Positions 14,492 to 16,989 of a DNA stretch of 16,989 bases are shown here, one piece after another. Position 1 is the first letter of the stretch. Each line of letters opens with the position of its first letter. The position numbers and the translations under genes are program-made. Origin of the DNA: a virus (taxonomy: Duplodnaviria; Heunggongvirae; Uroviricota; Caudoviricetes); IMG/VR virus record IMGVR_UViG_2778261502_000004, positions 1 to 16,989 of that record. The stretch is one strand, 5' to 3'. A model generated the notes under the pieces. That model saw only the letters and a list, made by a program, of their open reading frames with translations, did no database searches and had not been told where the DNA came from.

Positions 14492-15531
14492 AGGCTGAAG
14501 CATGGCGGGTCAGCAAACTTGGTGAAATACCTGATATAACGTTCGAGGAAGCGTGTGTCAGGTGGCTTGAAGAGAAAGCACATAAAAAATCACTGGACGA
14601 TGACAAAAGCCGGATCGGATTCTGGCTTCAACATTTCGCAGGAATGCAACTAAGAGACATTACTGAATCAAAAATTTATTCAGCAATGCAGAAAATGACG
14701 AACCGGCGTCATGAGGAAAACTGGAAACTCAGGGCAGAAGCATGCAGAAAAAAAGGGAAACCTGTTCCAGAATACACGCCAAAACCAGCGTCCGTTGCAA
14801 CGAAGGCTACGCATCTTTCATTTATAAAGGCCCTACTAAGAGCCGCAGAGCGTGAATGGAAAATGCTGGATAAGGCACCAATTATTAAAGTGCCCCAACC
14901 AAAGAATAAACGGATCCGCTGGCTGGAGCCCCATGAAGCACAAAGGCTGATTGATGAATGTCCGGAGCCATTAAAGTCTGTTGTTGAATTTGCACTGGCA
15001 ACAGGCCTAAGACGCTCGAACATCATCAACCTTGAATGGCAACAAATAGATATGCAGCGCCGGGTGGCATGGATAAACCCGGAAGAGAGTAAATCAAACC
15101 GCGCAATTGGCGTTGCGCTGAATGATACTGCATGTCGCGTATTGAAAAAACAAATCGGGAATCATCACCGTTGGGTATTTGTGTACAAGGAAAGCTGTAC
15201 CAAACCAGACGGAACGAAAGCGCCAACAGTCAGGAAGATGCGGTATGACGCAAACACAGCCTGGAAAGCGGCGCTGAGACGGGCTGGTATTGATGATTTC
15301 AGATTTCACGACTTGAGACACACCTGGGCAAGTTGGCTGGTTCAAGCCGGAGTCCCGTTGTCAGTGTTACAGGAAATGGGAGGCTGGGAGTCTATCGAAA
15401 TGGTTCGTCGATATGCTCACCTTGCACCTAATCACCTTACCGAACACGCACGGCAAATAGACTCGATCCTAAACCCATCGGTCCCAAATTTGTCCCAGTC
15501 AAAAAATAAGGAAGGTACTAATGATGTGTAA
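14368..15531 (+). CDS. int: Tyrosine-recombinase integrase of the P22 / SfV family
   Basis: 387 aa [24 protein letters not shown]...; C-terminal [10 protein letters not shown]...VRRYAHL carries the catalytic His/Arg/Tyr context; ends 15 bp from the tRNA 3' end. Confidence 0.93.
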   Translation: MSLFRRGEIWYASFTLPNGKRFKQSLGTKDKRQATELHDKLKAEAWRVSKLGEIPDITFEEACVRWLEEKAHKKSLDDDKSRIGFWLQHFAGMQLRDITESKIYSAMQKMTNRRHEENWKLRAEACRKKGKPVPEYTPKPASVATKATHLSFIKALLRAAEREWKMLDKAPIIKVPQPKNKRIRWLEPHEAQRLIDECPEPLKSVVEFALATGLRRSNIINLEWQQIDMQRRVAWINPEESKSNRAIGVALNDTACRVLKKQIGNHHRWVFVYKESCTKPDGTKAPTVRKMRYDANTAWKAALRRAGIDDFRFHDLRHTWASWLVQAGVPLSVLQEMGGWESIEMVRRYAHLAPNHLTEHARQIDSILNPSVPNLSQSKNKEGTNDV

Positions 15532-15545
15532 CTTATTGATTTAAA

Positions 15546-15621
15546 TGGTGCCGATAATAGGAGTCGAACCTACGACCTTCGCATTACGAATGCGCTGCTC
15601 TACCAACTGAGCTATATCGGC
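15546..15621 (-). tRNA. thrW: tRNA-Thr (anticodon CGU), the attachment tRNA
   Basis: Reverse complement reads GCCGATATAGCTCAGTTGGTAGAGCAGCGCATTCGTAATGCGAAGGTCGTAGGTTCGACTCCTATTATCGGCACCA, 76 nt with CCA end and anticodon loop CATTCGTAATG. Confidence 0.97.
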
Positions 15622-15735
15622 CCTGAAAGGACATGTTCACGAACGTGAATCACGGTGGACAAGGTTAAAACTAACCGGGCGATGCGTCAATGGCCTTGTG
15701 AATCAAATGGCTACTTTTGCATCACCCGGTTTTAT

Positions 15736-16989
15736 TTACGCACGAATGGTGTAATCACCAATGCCGATCCACTTGTAAGTGGTCAGTGCTTCCAGCCCCA
15801 TTGGGCCACGCGCGTGGAGTTTTTGTGTGCTTACCGCCACTTCCGCACCCAGACCAAACTGGCCGCCGTCGGTAAAACGCGTAGAGGCGTTAACGTAAAC
15901 AGCGGACGAATCCACTTCGTTAACAAAACGCTGGGCGTTGCGCATATCGCGGGTCAGGATCGCATCGGAGTGTTGTGTGCCGTGTTCACGAATATGGGCG
16001 ATGGCATCGTCAAGATCGCTGACGATTTTGACGTTCAAATCTAATGACAGAAACTCATCGTCATACTCTTCGGCTTTAACAGCAACCACCTTCGCAGGGC
16101 CTGCCTGCAACTGCGCCAGTGCAGCTGCATCTGCGTGTAATGTCACGCCGCTTTCCGCCATTTGTTTGCTTAATGCGGGCAGGAAGCTATCGGCGATGTT
16201 TTTATTCACCAGCAACGTTTCAACCGTATTACATGTGCTCGGACGCTGAGTTTTCGCGTTGACGATCACTTTTAATGCTTCAGCGATCTCTACACTTTCA
16301 TCAACGTAAATATGGCATACGCCTATACCACCTGTGATCACCGGGATTGTCGACTGTTCACGGCACAGTTTATGCAAACCAGCGCCACCACGCGGGATCA
16401 GCATGTCGATGTATTTATCCATACGCAGCATTTCACTGACCAGCGCACGGTCAGGATTATCAATCGCCTGCACGGCACCCGCCGGTAAGCCGCAGGATTT
16501 CAGGGCGTCCTGAATCACCGCCACCGTTGCAGCGTTAGTGCGACACGTTTCTTTGCCACCGCGCAGGATCACCGCATTACCGGTTTTCAGGCACAGCGAA
16601 GCGACATCAACCGTCACGTTCGGGCGCGCTTCATAAATCACGCCAATAACCCCCAGCGGTACGCGACGACGCTCAAGACGCAGGCCGCTGTCCAGTACGC
16701 CGCCATCGATTACCTGCCCCACCGGATCGGCGAGGTTGCACACCTGACGTACATCGTCGGCAATGCCTTTCAGCCGTGCGGGCGTCAGTGCCAGACGGTC
16801 AAGCATCGCTTCGCTAAGGCCATTGGCTCGCGCGTCAGCAACATCCTGGGCGTTAGCGTTGAGGATGATTTCGCTTTGTGCTTCCAGTTCATCGGCGATT
16901 TTTTCCAGCACGCGATTTTTTTCGCGGCTGGAGAGTTGCGCTAATTTATACGAGGCTTGCTTCGCGGCAATGCCCATTTGTTCCAGCAT
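15736..16989 (-). CDS. proA: Gamma-glutamyl phosphate reductase (proline biosynthesis)
   Basis: Complete 417-aa ORF starting exactly at the window end ([27 protein letters not shown]...); recognised as E. coli ProA; adjacent to thrW as in E. coli. Confidence 0.97.

Larger units (their letters stand above)
1..15545. mobile_element. Degraded mosaic lambdoid prophage integrated at thrW; left boundary lies beyond the window
   Basis: Integrase next to the tRNA 3' end, then xis, early-left cassette, cI/cro, lysis enzymes, Mu-like tail module and invertible fibre segment in canonical order, interrupted by deletion scars and AT-rich insertions. Confidence 0.9.

Noticed and set aside
13976-14606. ORFs 13976..14374(-) and 14277..14606(-) antisense to xis/int, and the 14057..14140 extension of xis
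   Set aside because: Antisense to the integration module; the xis extension overlaps the preceding gene in frame without an RBS, whereas ATG 14141 has AGGTGA upstream.
14709-15345. Three minus-strand ORFs inside the integrase gene
   Set aside because: Antisense to a highly recognisable tyrosine recombinase.
15622-15735. Imperfect inverted repeat CCGGGTGATGC ... GCATCGCCCGG between proA and thrW, as a possible proA terminator or thrW promoter element
   Set aside because: One mismatch, a ~35-nt loop and no clean U-tract; cannot be supported from sequence alone.
15655-16249. Plus-strand ORFs 15655..16044 and 15938..16249 overlapping proA
   Set aside because: Antisense to a complete, well-recognised housekeeping gene.
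1-16989. CRISPR arrays, IS elements at the deletion breakpoints, retron or reverse-transcriptase genes, toxin–antitoxin tandem repeats
   Set aside because: No regularly spaced direct repeats, no terminal inverted repeats or transposase ORFs at the junctions near 3140, 7330 or 9300, and no reverse-transcriptase ORF; the only direct repeats (11114..11162) are two copies.

Overview
Enterobacterial (E. coli/Shigella-type) chromosome: the proA–thrW locus (15546..16989) with a degraded lambdoid prophage integrated at tRNA-Thr, occupying 1..~15545. The prophage is mosaic: a P22/SfV-type integrase and excisionase, an intact CI/Cro-type immunity region, a YfdP–YfdT-like early-left cassette, lambda-type endolysin and spanins, and a Mu-like contractile-tail module ending in an invertible tail-fibre segment with a Pin-family invertase. 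At least three internal deletion scars are visible (cro-like gene fused to a holin remnant; HNH N-terminus fused to a 5'-truncated sheath; N-like and J-like remnants fused), so the element is almost certainly non-viable. The best candidates for undescribed biology are three AT-rich insertions of unknown function (10486..11098, 7593..8102, 3331..3861), an rrn-like boxA downstream of the pL-like promoter with no recognisable N gene, and a structured non-coding region at 11099..11566. All calls rest on reading the translated ORFs, motifs and synteny by eye; no database search or alignment was run, and the homologue assignments are made from memory.
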